This document shows positions 51,113 through 64,000 of a stretch of 64,000 nucleotides of DNA, piece after piece; the first letter of the stretch is position 1; each line of letters begins with the position of its first letter. The stretch covers positions 744,001 to 808,000 of the forward strand of contig NC_089434.1 in NCBI RefSeq assembly GCF_026210795.1, written 5' to 3'. This DNA is from Rhizophagus irregularis. Taxonomy: Eukaryota. The position numbers and the translations under genes are program-made. The notes beneath the pieces are model-generated. The model was not told the DNA's origin, made no database searches, and saw nothing but the letters and a program-made list of their open reading frames with translations.

Positions 51113-52631
51113 ATGGATGATAATAAATTTTTACCAAAATTATCTCAAAACTTACTCGAAATTTTAGAAGATAATGAATATTATGATATTACTATCGAAG
51201 TTGGTAATGACCCTTACGTAAAAATATTTCGTGCTCATATGGTTATTCTAAATTATCGTTCTCCTTATTTACGAAGAATTTTGTCAACAAACTCTAATAA
51301 AAATAAGAATGATGGAATTTTAACACATATTAAATTACCAAATGTTTCACCTGAAATTTTTCAAATAATTTTAAGGTAAGATATAATTAAAAAATGCTAA
51401 AAAATTATAAATTTTTTTTTTTTATACAATGTATATATATAAAGATTTTTTATTTTACAATATTTTTATTTTTAGGTATATTTATGGTGGAAAATTTTCT
51501 TTAGAAGAATATGATAATTTAAAAATTATAAAGATTTTAATTGCAGCCAATGAACTTAGTCTTCAAGAATTAATAATTTACTTACAATCCTTTTTAATTG
51601 AAAACAAAAAGATTTGGTTGGAACAAAATTTTAATCTGATATATAAAATGAGTTTTGAAAATAATTCTTTCTTAAAATTACAAAATTTTTGTACAGAAAT
51701 AATTTCTAAAGAACCAGAAAAAATTTTTAATTCAATTGATTTTGTTTCAATTTCAGAAAAATGTTTAATTTCTCTTATTAAACATAATAATATTCAAATG
51801 GATGATATTAAAGTTTGGGATCATGTACTCAAATGGGGTATTGCTCAAAGTTCTGAACTTTCTTCTGATCTTTCAAGTTATACAAAAGATGATTTTAATA
51901 CTTTAAAGGATATTCTAAAACAATGTATTCCATTTATTAAATTTTATGATTTAACTTCTAAAGAATTTTTAGATAAAGTATATCCTTACAAAAAAATTAT
52001 ACCAAAAGAATTACGTGAAAATTTAATTGAATATTATTTGAATCATGATCATTCGCCAATAAGACAAAAGATAATTAAAGAAATTGGTTCAAAATGTATT
52101 GATTCAAAAATCATTACATATCAACATGCTGAATTAATCTCAAAATGGATCAATAAATCAGAAAATATTGACAAAACTTATGAATTTAAATTAATTCTTC
52201 GTGGGTCTCGTGATGGTTTTCTACCTAGTAAATTTCATGAAATCTGTGATAATAAACCTCATACTGTATCAATTATTAAAGTGAAAGATAGTAATGAAAT
52301 ATTAGGAGGATATAATCCAATTGTATGGAAATTTGCTAAGAAATATGATTATGGTTTTTATGATTATACTAAAGATAGTTTTATATTTTCTTTTAAAAAT
52401 AAGGAGAATATGCAAAATTATATTTTAAGTAGGGCAAAACTTGGGATGTATTCTATATATAGTGATTTTGATTGTGGTCCAACATTTGGCGATAGCCTTG
52501 TTTTGCATGGAAACGATTTTTATAACAAGAGTTATTGTAAGACCCATGCTGGTTATGAAAAAATAATTAGAGAAACTGAAGATATATTTTCTGTAGAAGA
52601 ATATGAGATATTTCAAATTACGAAAGAATAA
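51113..52631 (+). CDS. BTB/POZ-BACK-TLDc domain protein (~472 aa)
   Basis: Exons 51113-51375 and 51476-52631 in frame; same domain motifs and intron position as the 5438 and 8258 genes. Confidence 0.93.
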
Positions 52632-54703
52632 CCATTTATTCATAACTGATAGTACCATTTCAATAAAATTATTGCAGTATTATTTAGCATATATTTTACT
52701 TATTAGATAAGTTTGTTCTCTAATTTGTACATTTTTGGTAGAAAAAATCTTTATGTTCGTTCTAATTACAATTTAGTTTAATATTGTTTTAGATATTTAA
52801 GTAGCCAAGTAATTCTTACAAAACTCTTTATTATATGTATCCATTTCATTTTATATTAACGTTGTTTATTATTAGGACCGACATACTGTACATGTTAAAA
52901 TTAACATGTTGATTATAGGGTAATCAAATCCACCGATATGAGTGGATATAATATTGTTACTTTAACGTTTTTTCTAAATTTGTCCATTAGTCCTGCAGTA
53001 AAAAGTTTTTGCGATTGTCGCTATCGTGTTATCTTCCGGAATACAAAATATAAATATTCTGTAATTACTTTGTCTATTTATTGACCATTTTGCTGCTATT
53101 CAACTATGATATTGGCTTATAGTGTAATATCTGTTATTGATAACTAAATATAATTACGGGCTCTAAGGAGCAGAAGAGAACGACAATTATAGTTCTAGGC
53201 AATAGATAACGAGTCCGGTAATGAAATCTCTGAAAAGAATTATGTGAACCCACGAGACCGTGATCCCAGATCACGGTTGCCTTATTTCATAGTAACAATC
53301 CAGGGTAGCTTCTACGGATATCGACTGCAGATATCGACAACAATTAACAAACTACGATACCGTGACCCATCATGAGAGTATCTCCTAAAACCTTCGGTCT
53401 TATGTATGGTAACAGCTGACGTATTTAGATTTTAGAATCACCTGATGTGATACAAAAATTTAGTAAACGGTTGTTATGACTTCTTCTGCGCAATATTACA
53501 TACTGTGTCGATAGTAGTTGTGAAATTTCTTGTAAATTATAGTTGACACAAACAAATAATTCACTACCCTCCACCTTAAAATCCTTATTTATAATCCCAT
53601 TTCTTGAAAAACAACTTTGATTAAGTTAGTTAAAGTGCGGTTCTTGTGTGGTTTGCGAGTTTATATTGTAGTATTCGTAAAAGAAAGTGTGATTTAAGGT
53701 GTGATTTTGAAAGTAAAACTGTAAATATAGTTTATTTTACAATAAAGGTTGCTGAAACTTGACAATATTATTTAAAAATACGTTAGTTTTTTAGTTTTAC
53801 AAGAAAAAAACCTGGTTAGTAGACGAATATAGAATTATGGCACAGCCATTTTGTGCGTTCAATTTCATTTTTTTCAAAATATTTCGCGAAAAGTGTGTGG
53901 ATTAGTGATCATTATGGCCAACAAAACGTTTTTGATATGAACATAAATATTATTGTAAAAATTCATGAAAAATGTTTTTGGGAACGAAGTTGAATAAACT
54001 TAAAAGGTAATTTAATCAATTAAATTTCTACAATTTTTATAAAAACTTTTCGTAATTCTAATTTAAATTATAATTATTTATTATTATTTTATTTCGCAAA
54101 TATGAAAATTCTTACAAATATAATCATATCATAAGCATGATATGCTGGTCATTTTGGTGAACTGATGAATAATAGGAAAAACTGTGAAAATATTATCAGT
54201 GATAATATCATTAAAAAACCACACTGGACTAATTATTAGATCAAAAAAATATATATTACATTTTATTATGGAATCAATATATATCTACTAGCAATAGATA
54301 GGATAGTAAATGTAGTAAATAATCCGTTTATTCTGTTGCTGCGTCACGTTATTAACCCCATCCAGACTGGGCTTCTGCGTCCGCGTCACGTTTTAATTCA
54401 ATTGGTGTTATATCTGCGTCAATAATGAATTTAACTATGAAATAAAAAAGAAAATTTTCTTTTAAAGTAAAGTGATGATTTATTTATCCACTACACCAAA
54501 AATAATAGTAAAGACGACAGTCAACAATAAGTATTTGAATTTCATTATTGATTTTATAATTTTTAATTCGTCTGCTTATTAATGTGTTTAAAGAAATTTT
54601 TAATTCGTTACTTATTAATGTGCTTAAAGAAATTTTCTCTCTTCTTTCTCAAAGTGTTTATATAAGAAATTTTTCTATAATAACACGTATTTCATGAATC
54701 AAT

Positions 54704-55102
54704 GAAAGCAAAGGAAGTGTACAAGAGTATATTTGACACGTATTTCTATATTGCGCCATGTTCATGTTAAAATTTACAATTGAAGAGCAGAACACTTTAA
54801 TTTAATATAAATGAGAAATACGAGATTTTGATGTTATAATTTATTTATAGCCACAATCATTTGTAAAACTGTTGTTTTATTAACGAGGGCGAAGTAAAAG
54901 CGCAAGAGTATTTTTGACACGTTTTCTACTGTACATCGTGCCACGTTAAAATTTACAATTGAAGAGCAGACACTTTAAGTTAATAATGAGAAAATGCGAG
55001 ATTTTTATGTTAATAATCTATTTTTAACCACAATGAAGTTGAGGGCAAAGCAAAAGAGACGTATGAGAGTATTTTGCCACGCTTTCTTACATTGCGCCAC
55101 AA
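54704..55102. repeat. Tandem repeat, ~2.5 units of 160-180 bp
   Basis: Recurring GAGGGC..AAGAGTATTTTTGACACG..GTTAAAATTTACAATTGAAGAGCAGA..CCACAAT. Confidence 0.8.
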
Positions 55103-55954
55103 TCGGAATAAACAGTGCCACTTTGAATTAATAATGTGGAAATAGATAAGATTTATTTTTTTAAAAAAAAAGAATAAATAAATAAATATATATTTACTGT
55201 TCAAAACGGTAACTAGGATCAGGAAAGTATAACTCATTTCTTTTATCTGATTATTTACTCCACAGCCACATCAACGGAAAATGGCTCCATAATCATTAAA
55301 AATAAAAGGTTATTGACGAGGACGATAATGGTGCCTTTAGCATCAAGTTTGGAAAGCAATTGACGTTTAAGATTATCTTGTCATATATCGTAGGAAATTT
55401 CCATTAACTTTTAAAAAAATGATCAACCTGATGCATTAAAATAAATCACGTGTAAATGTAAATAACACTGGAACGGAGTGGAACGCATAAAATTAAATAT
55501 TTTTTTTTCTTACCTGTTTTTAATGGTTCATAAGGAGTTTAAAAATAGACACAACGCCTCTCAAAAAATACTTTGACATACTCTTTGAATACCCATAAGC
55601 AGCGATGTACATTGGAAGATTAAAAGCTATTGGAATCTTTAATTCTTCCAATTCCAAGCCTTCCAACGTCTATTGGAAGATTGGAAGCACTTAATTCACG
55701 TGATATACAGTAGAATTAAAACCGAATAATTACTGTCATTTATTATTTATTTAAACTTTAGAAATATATTGTACATTTAAATGATTCATTCGATGTTAAG
55801 TAATTAGTAATAAACCTGAATAAAGTTCTAATTTCTAAATGTAAAATTAATAGATGCATGAAGTTTACTCATTAATAAAAGGCATAAAAACTTTGTCACT
55901 CAAGCATAGGAAACTTATAATTAGGTACACTCCATTTTGGATTCTTTTGTCTGC

Positions 55955-58900
55955 CCGCACGCGTTTAAACACCAATCATATTCTAGTATATCGTCAGTTA
56001 TGTGACTTTGTTTGCATCACGTGTAAAAAAATAATCGATTAATTTTCTTAATTTAACGATGATCACGTGATTATAACGCTTCGTTACCTAGCTAGATAAA
56101 TATGTAAATAGAATGAAATATACAAACAATTTTATTTAAAAAATTTTTATGGTTATACAAGATTATCTATTAAATTTATAATGGGAAATGACATTGGAAG
56201 TGTATCAGATCTTCTAATGGTCAATTCCAATAGTATAAAAATTTGATTGGAAATTTCCAACGCACATGACCTATTTGAAGATTGAAATTTTCCAATACTT
56301 CCAAATCTTCCAATAGGCCTTTGGGCTTTCTTATTTGATTATTAATTAATATCTTTTATTTATTATTTTTTTACTACAAGATTACTAACATAAATTTTAA
56401 TTTTTTTATGATTTTAGGTTTAGCCAAATTCATGAGTTTTTTTGATTATTAATTATTAACATTAGTAATTTTATTCTTTTAATATTATTACCAATTTACT
56501 AATTTAAATTATATTTTATATCATCATGGCAGATTTTATGAAATACCACAAATTTGTCCGTCATGTCAAATTAAATAAATATTTGACAGTAATTTTAGTC
56601 ACCAAATTTCTATTTAAGTCCCAAATTTATTAGTGAACAGTCAAAAATGAGCTCTAAAAATTTTTTTTGTACCCAAATCTTGCATCAAACCAATTTTCCC
56701 ATTATCTAACCAATTTTTCTAGTGTTAAAGGCGCGTCATTATTTGATATTTTTTAGGAAAAAAAGCTTAATTTTTCTGTAAGTCAATTTTAATTCCCGAG
56801 ACCGCAGCAGAATTTTTGCCAAATTTCATAAATCCGCCGCAATGTTAAGCTTGCTTTATTTAAATATCAATAAATTTATTTTCTATACATAATTTATATA
56901 ATGTTCAACTAAATTAATATATATATATATAACTAATATTATTAAAAAAATAAGTGTAAATATTGGACTCTAATAAATTTAAAAGAAATTAGGTTATTAA
57001 GAACATAGTTTTTAAAAATATAATATTTTTACTTACTTTCGTCAATGATATATTGTTCAGAATTTATATCTATATCCAATTCAAATTCTTGCGTAATATA
57101 ATCTAAATAAATGAAAACGAAAAATAATTAAATTAAAGCATAAATTATATTTATTGAAAATACGTAAGATATTTTTTACCATTATTTTCATTTTCGATTA
57201 ATTTAATCTTTTTAATAATTTTATCTGGAAATATTTTATTATTTAATTGGTAAATATTGAATGACGTTTATATATAAAATTTTGACTTTTATCATACCTT
57301 CATTAAAACTGTTTTCAATTTGATTGTTATCAAACTTTCTTTTATCTTAAAGAATAAACTTATTAATATTACTTAGAATTATATTAGTTAATAACTTTAA
57401 ACGAATAATAATTACCATTAAATGTTATATCATTTTTTTGATGACAATGAAATAAATCTAAATAATAATGAAGTAGAGTATTAATTATTATTGTTTTTAA
57501 TTAAAGCGAAATATTTAATACTATATTTACCAACTCCTGCAGTTATAGACTCGCTTCTTAAACTTCTTGTAGACATTGTAAACATTGCAGATTGAATTAT
57601 ACCACTCAAAAATCTACTCCTATAAATAGCCCCTGGATTATTTGTTGTTACAGGCCCAATTTCTGATGATTTTATAATTTTAGTAGTTCTACTTTCATTT
57701 AGCCACATTTTATCAATTCTATTATATATATCAGTAGCTTCTGGTCTTTTATTAGGATCTGAATTCCAGCATTCTTTCATTAATTCAATATATCCTTCGG
57801 GCGCATTTGTAACAATTGGTGGTCTTAAACCATCACATATTTCTATTATAAGTTCTGCATCATGACTTCTATTCCAAAAAGGTCTTCTACCTGTCATAAA
57901 TTCCCACATAATCATTCCAAAACTATATATGTCTGATTCTTTGGTATATTTTTGTCCTTTAAAAATCTCTGGTGCCATATAAGGAATTATACCATAATTC
58001 TCATTGTTATTATCATCATCTGTAAATTCAGTTGCAGATTTACTTAAGCCCAAATCACCTAAGTATGCGGTTTCATATCCGTCACAAAAGATATTTCCAC
58101 TATGAAAATCTCTATGTAAAATATTTACACTATGTACATTAGCAAGTCCATTTATTATTTCTTTTAACCTCTTTAACTTAATATGCCATTCAATACTATA
58201 GAAATCATTAGTTAAGTAGTTTACCAAATCACCTAAATTATAATATGGCATAATAATCATGATATCTTTGGTAACGGGTTCTTGAGTAATACCAAAATAT
58301 TTACTAATATAATTGTTTATTTCATTATAATTTTTATTTTTAACATTATACTTCCTCTTTTTCCAATTTAAAGAAAATTCATGAAATATCTTGAGCTAAA
58401 TAATAAAAAGTTTATTAATTACTTAATTCAAAGTTAGGTTAATAAATAATTGTAATCACCTCATTTAACGCCTTAGATGTGATTTCTTTAGAATTATTTA
58501 GCTTTTTAAGAACGACTTCATAATTTTTATTATATTCGGGTTTATAAAAACTTTGATTTTTCTTAATCCATTTATTTATTACTGGTCCATCAATCCAAAT
58601 AGCCTTATAAATTTCACTAAAACCTCCCCTAGCAATAAATTTTACATCTTTGAATTGGTTATAAGGCACGAACACCATTTTCCCAGCTAATTTACTACTA
58701 CTAGTTAGTGTATGCATGATAAAATCATCAATAACTTTGTTTCCACTTGGTATAAATGCTAATTTCGCTTTATAACAAACGCCGCAAATATGATGATTTT
58801 CTTCTAAAAGTTCTCTTCTTTGATTACATTCGCTGCATAATATCTTCGTTTTACGTTTACGATTGTGTTTAATTGTGGTTTGTGTTGGCATGCCTAAAGA

Positions 58901-59987
58901 TGTGTTGTCTGATAATTGATCCATCATTAATTTTTTTTTAAAAAAAAAATAATTTAGCTCTTTTGCTTGAGACAAAAAAGCCTAAATATATATGTTTTCT
59001 TTTAAGCAAGGAGTTTTTAATCCGAACTCAGAAAATTCCATAGTAATATAATATCCGTAGAAGTTTCTATTATAAGAATCGTGCCAAGAAATTCTAAATA
59101 ATCAATCTAGAACTATAATATGTAAAAGATTTTTCGAATAGACTTTTAACAAAACTCCAACAAAGAATTCTATAGAAGTGTCACATGCTGTGAAACAAGC
59201 AAAGAATTGATTAACATTCTTATTACTTAAAAAGTCAAAACAGTTATGTATGTATGGCGTACGTATGATAATTTTCGTAGTAGAACTTAAAAATAATACA
59301 AAGTGAAAAGATAGTCAACAAATCATCGTAGTCATTGCATATAACTTCCAAAATAAGTAAGATATTGACCAGAACAATATTAAAATTTGTAAATTTTAAT
59401 ACCGCAAAGATAAATTTCACGCAAAAGTAATATTAAAATCCGCACACGTTTAAACACCCAATAACTGATAATCGATTTATTTCTTAATGATGATCATGTG
59501 ATTATAACGCTTCGTTACCTAGTTTTAGATAAATATGATGAAATGTACAAACAATTTGATTTAAAAATTTTTTTATAGTTATACAAAGATTATCTATTAG
59601 ATTTTATAATGGAAAATGGTATTGGAAACATTGGAAGTGTATCAGATCAATTCCAATAGCACAAAAATTTGATTGGGAACTTCCAACGCACATAACGCAC
59701 ATGACCTATTGGAAGATTTCAATCTTCCAATACTTCCAAATTTTCCAATAGGCCTTTGGATTTCTTATTTGATTATTAATTAATATCTTTCATTTATTAT
59801 TTTTTTTTTACTACAAGATTACTAACATAAATTTTAATTTTTTTTATGATTTTAGGTTTAGCCCTACTATTATTACTATTACAGAAAATTCAATAACAGG
59901 TGGGTTTTTTGATTATTAATTATTAACATTAGTAATTTTATTCTTTTAATATTATTACCAATTTACTAATTTAAATTATATTTTATA
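55955..59987. repeat. ~550-bp direct repeats (55955-56521 and 59440-59987) bracketing the minus-strand kinase
   Basis: Both begin CCGCACRCGTTTAAACACC and share TTATAACGCTTCGTTACCTAG, a TTGGAA/TTCCAA cluster, CCAATAGGCCTTTGG and the AT-rich tail. Confidence 0.88.
56914..58927 (-). CDS. TKL-type protein kinase (minus strand) with micro-exon tail
   Basis: Exons 58927-58460, 58395-57531, 57457-57416, 57345-57298, 57224-57180, 57102-57037, then a tentative last exon from 56969. Motifs CSEC..CGVC, ARGGFS, HRDFHSGN, DLG, APE. Confidence 0.9.
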
Positions 59988-60300
59988 TTTTTATGATTTT
60001 AGGTTTGGCCTATAGTTTATGGGTGAACGGATCAGCAGCAAATTCAATAACAAGTGGGGTGTTTTTTTTATTATTAATTATTAAATATTAGCATTTTTTT
60101 TATTCCTTTTAAATTATTATTCTTACCAATTTATTAAATTAAATTAAATCTATTTTTTTATAGTTTGGTTCGGTCTTACAACTTTATTTTAGGATGTGCT
60201 ACTACAGCAGGTTCGATAATGTCATTGCTTAATTATTAATTAATATTTTCTGTTTATTTTTTCATTATCTGTTGTTAATTTATTAATGAATTTTTCTAAC
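59815..60300 (+). repeat. ~150-bp tandem units with intron/mini-exon-like signals
   Basis: Repeated ACTAA...TTTTAG|GTTTRGCC...AATTCAATAACAR|GTGGG...ATTATTAATTATTAA. Confidence 0.55.
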
Positions 60301-60301
60301 T

Positions 60302-60417
60302 ATCACCGGGGTGATGATCACCGGTGACTGAAATTATGACAATCGACCAGCATTAAAAAATATAGTGCCGGTAAAAATTGATAATTCTGGCCAACGGTGA
60401 TGATCACCCCTGGTGAT
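60302..60417. mobile_element. Small MITE-like element
   Basis: ATCACCGGGGTGATGATCACCG / CGGTGATGATCACCCCTGGTGAT inverted ends. Confidence 0.65.
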
Positions 60418-61739
60418 TTGAAGTAAAAACCTTTATTGAATATTATATATATTAATATAACATTTTTAATTGCATAAATCATTCTATAAGTTTTTTTTTT
60501 AGTAAAACCAATAAATTCATGAATAAATTTAATTTTTTCTTTAATAAAATAACATTTAAAAAATAATATCATGATATCACCAAAAACCAACTTCGGGCTC
60601 ATCACGCACGCCTACCAGATTCACAAGTCGATACATCCGCACATGGACTTCAATCACATTATGTCCCGTTATGGGTTGTTTTAGTAGTCATACTTATATA
60701 ATTGTCTCAAATTGATTTTTCCTTTTTTAATATATCTTTCTAATGGACAACTTATCTTATAGTATCTTCAAATAAAATTATGTACGATGTAATTCTTTAA
60801 TATATAACTAGAGTAATTGAAACAATGTGTTTCTATATGACAATTGTTTTACCGTCGAGTTTATTTTAGGTTAAGCCTAAAATTGATTATCGTACCATCA
60901 TCATAATTAGTAATCACATTTATATTATATTATATTACCTATATGTTTATTATATCACATTATTACAAATAAATATTATTTAATTATCTAATTACATATT
61001 ATTAATTATTATTACTCTTCCTACTCTTCCTAGGTCGAAGTCCCGGGTAGTTTTCTTTTTTAATTCCAGTAAGGGTCCGCTCCAGGGATTTTTATCGTTG
61101 GCTTGGACGAAGTTTATAATGGTTTCCAATATTAGAATAGTGATGTGATTTTCATTGTATTTCTCCTTACTCTACATAAAATAAATAAATAAATTATTAT
61201 TACTCATATTACTCATTACGTTTAGTTCCGATCTTTTTTTTCATCGGGTGTTGGATGTTTCCATTACTCTTGTACACGAAAAATATATAATAAAAAAATA
61301 CCTCGCACAGAGCAACAAAAATCGATTTTTTTATTGCTCTTTACTCTACATTTCTTCCAATAAACTCTATATATATTACTAATACCCAAATTTTTTTAAA
61401 AACATATCCCCCAAGGGTATCCGGTGGTAAAGGTGGCAAAGGTTTCTTCTTGTTTCTTTTTTTTATTTCAACGTAACCAATTCTTTTCGCGCCGTTTGAA
61501 TTCGCACGTTCTGACCTATTTCCATAACGAAGGATGCAGAGTTGAGGCGTTTAAATTTGTCTTTCTGGCTATCCATGGTAAACACAAAATGAAGTCAAAT
61601 TCAATACAAGATTTCCAACAAAAGGAATTTCTAAAATACGTCGTCCTGAAATTATCGCAAACTTTATATATAAAGTTGTAGAACTTGCTACCTATACTTC
61701 TGCTTTTGCAACTGATGCTATAAATATATTAACCGGAAA

Positions 61740-63200
61740 TACATTAAATACTGGTCATTCAACGAGACAAAATTATGGTTACAATGATATCGATTATAAT
61801 GATGAAAATGTTTATGATCATAAGAAAAAAGATGTTTCTACTTGGGGTGAAAATGTAGAAACTATTGAAGATGAAGAACTTCCTCCACTTTACGATAATT
61901 CTTGATCTATGGTATGTTCTTTATTATTGTTTCATTTTTAGTATCGTTCGTAACTAAATAATAAATATCAACACTTTACTTTATTTAAAGCCATCATCAA
62001 CAACAACTACATTTGCAACTACCAATACAACCCCAACTGAAAGTAGTCAAACTTCACCCTCACAACAAAATTATCCAACTACCAAGACTGAAACTAAACC
62101 TTCACTTATAATTTCTACATCACCTTCACAACAAGATTATCCAACTACTCAAACTTCTCAAAAAATTGTTTCAACACCAACACATTTACCAACAAATTCA
62201 ACTTCACGACGAAGGCAATTCCATGTTCGTCATGGCCGTAGATTTATACGTTGCAAATCATCATCTGTTGATATCCGATACTCATTCTGATAGTAATAAA
62301 GATATTATCTTTAAAAGCCTTAATTGTAAAATATCTGTTATGATAGCCGAAGCTGAAGCTGCTTTAAATAGTAAGGTTGAAGTTACAGTTGAAATGATAC
62401 TTGTCGAGGAAAAAGAACGCGAAGAACAAATTATGAAAGAATTTGGAATTCAAACTCCAATTAGTAGGCGAGCTCGTACAAATTTTAATGTTCACAATTA
62501 CAATTACAATAATTACAATAAAATCACAATAATATAAAACTCTCTCCACCGATTTTTTAAACCAAAATTTTTACGAAAGATAAAAACAATTTTTATTATA
62601 AAACTATACAAAAATATGTCAAAAGTTACAGTTTTAATGCCAAAGAGAAGATTAACAACTTTATGGAGAAGTTTTTTGACGAGTTTGAAGATGTAGAGGA
62701 AAAATACATAACCAAGATGGAATGCCAAAGTTAGACAACTACCTAAAATTCAAAGGAGATGCCTTAGGACCAAACGCTCATAACAAACCAGGAAATATAC
62801 CGGTATGACTTTTTACACAAGAGATGAAACATCCAGTAATAACGTACTATACAACAATTTTCCTAATAAAATGGAGTGGCGAGGTCTTCAAGAAAATTAT
62901 CACAAATATTCTTCGAGGAAATTTTTCCATGATTTGCGCAGCCAACAAAATAAGATAGAAATGCTAGAACGAATAATATCGGTTAAAGATGATGAAATTA
63001 AAAAATACAAAGAAATGATTATAAATTTGAAAATCGTAAAAGGGAGTTAGAAGTTGATGTAACGGTTAAAGAACGAATAAGATTAGAGAAAGAAGAAAAA
63101 ATTATTCAGGGTAAGTTAAAGAGCTAAAGCAGAAGAAGGATCAAGATACGATTTCACCAACTCAAAAAGGTAAAGATGAATCGAGTCAAACAAGGCGTAA
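61740..63200 (+). pseudogene. Degenerate coding relic of unknown family (acidic, Ser/Thr/Pro-rich, then coiled-coil-like)
   Basis: Interrupted reading frames (..STWGENVETIEDEELPPLYD, TSPSQQNYPTT x2, EKEREEQIMKEFG); intron-like segment ~61912-61990; no motif recognised. Confidence 0.3.
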
Positions 63201-64000
63201 AAGTCAGAAAATTTCGAATACACAAAGTTACCCTAAATTGGGGTGTTGGACATCTCACGTGACTCATTATTATATGATACTAATGATAGATTCTTTTTCA
63301 TGCTGTTTGAATTTATTAAAGGCAGAGGTGTTAGTTACAGATAAAGGAAATATTTAAATTTTTAAGGTTTTTTTTATTAAACGTTCATTCCTTTTTTTTA
63401 TTTCCATGTTCATATATGATTTCGGTGTAAATTTATGTATTTTTTTTTGGTATCCAATTTTCATTTACGTTGAACCCATTAAGCGCATAATATTTATCCC
63501 AAAGTTTCAAATAGTTTATATTTTACAATAATTTTTTCACATAATTTTTTACTTCTGTTAAAATTTTATATCATAAATAGTATTTTTGCCTACTCAGCAA
63601 ATTTAATTAGTATGACAAAGATATAATCATATTTTAATGTATAGATTGATGGGTATATTAAAGTAAGTGTACAATATTGTTGGCCACCTAGCCATTCTGT
63701 TGCTTCTTCAATTGGTTCAAAAATTTTAATAATAATAAAATGTTTACCAAATTATTTATTATTTTGAATTTACTGAATAATTTAATTATTTCTAATATAA
63801 AGGTTAAAATTTCAATGTGAAGCAAGAATATTTTCATTATTATTGAAACTTTTTTTTTGACAAATGGTCTTTGGAAATGGCGCATGGGATCATCGATTAT
63901 TTCCTAATTTATTTTACATCAGGATCATCTTTATTTATTTAGTCAACGGAATTCCTATAATCTTAAAAGTTCCTAAAAATTAAAATGTCAATAACTTTTC

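Overview
Very AT-rich, intron-containing eukaryotic DNA. The gene content is typical of arbuscular mycorrhizal fungi (Glomeromycotina, Rhizophagus-like); this is inferred from gene families, not from a marker gene. The window holds five tyrosine-kinase-like (TKL) kinase genes with Cys-rich N-termini and micro-exon tails, a kinase pseudogene, two orphan kinase 3' ends and three BTB-BACK-TLDc genes (two in a ~3 kb tandem duplication). It also holds pseudogenes (F-box/LRR, cytochrome P450, MIR-family), degraded MULE, hAT and LINE remnants, and many MITEs (pogo/Tc1-like TA, hAT 8-bp, Kolobok-like TTAA, 3-bp TSD). Two RNA-structure signals stand out. (1) An inverted-duplicated, apparently spliced unit (~23.1-23.9 kb minus; ~26.3-26.95 kb plus) carries an HDV-like ribozyme fold just after a 5' splice site, plus a covarying stem that pairs over its AUG. 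(2) A covarying multi-stem hairpin recurs six times in the 3' UTR position of one kinase subfamily. All structures were derived by eye and are untested.
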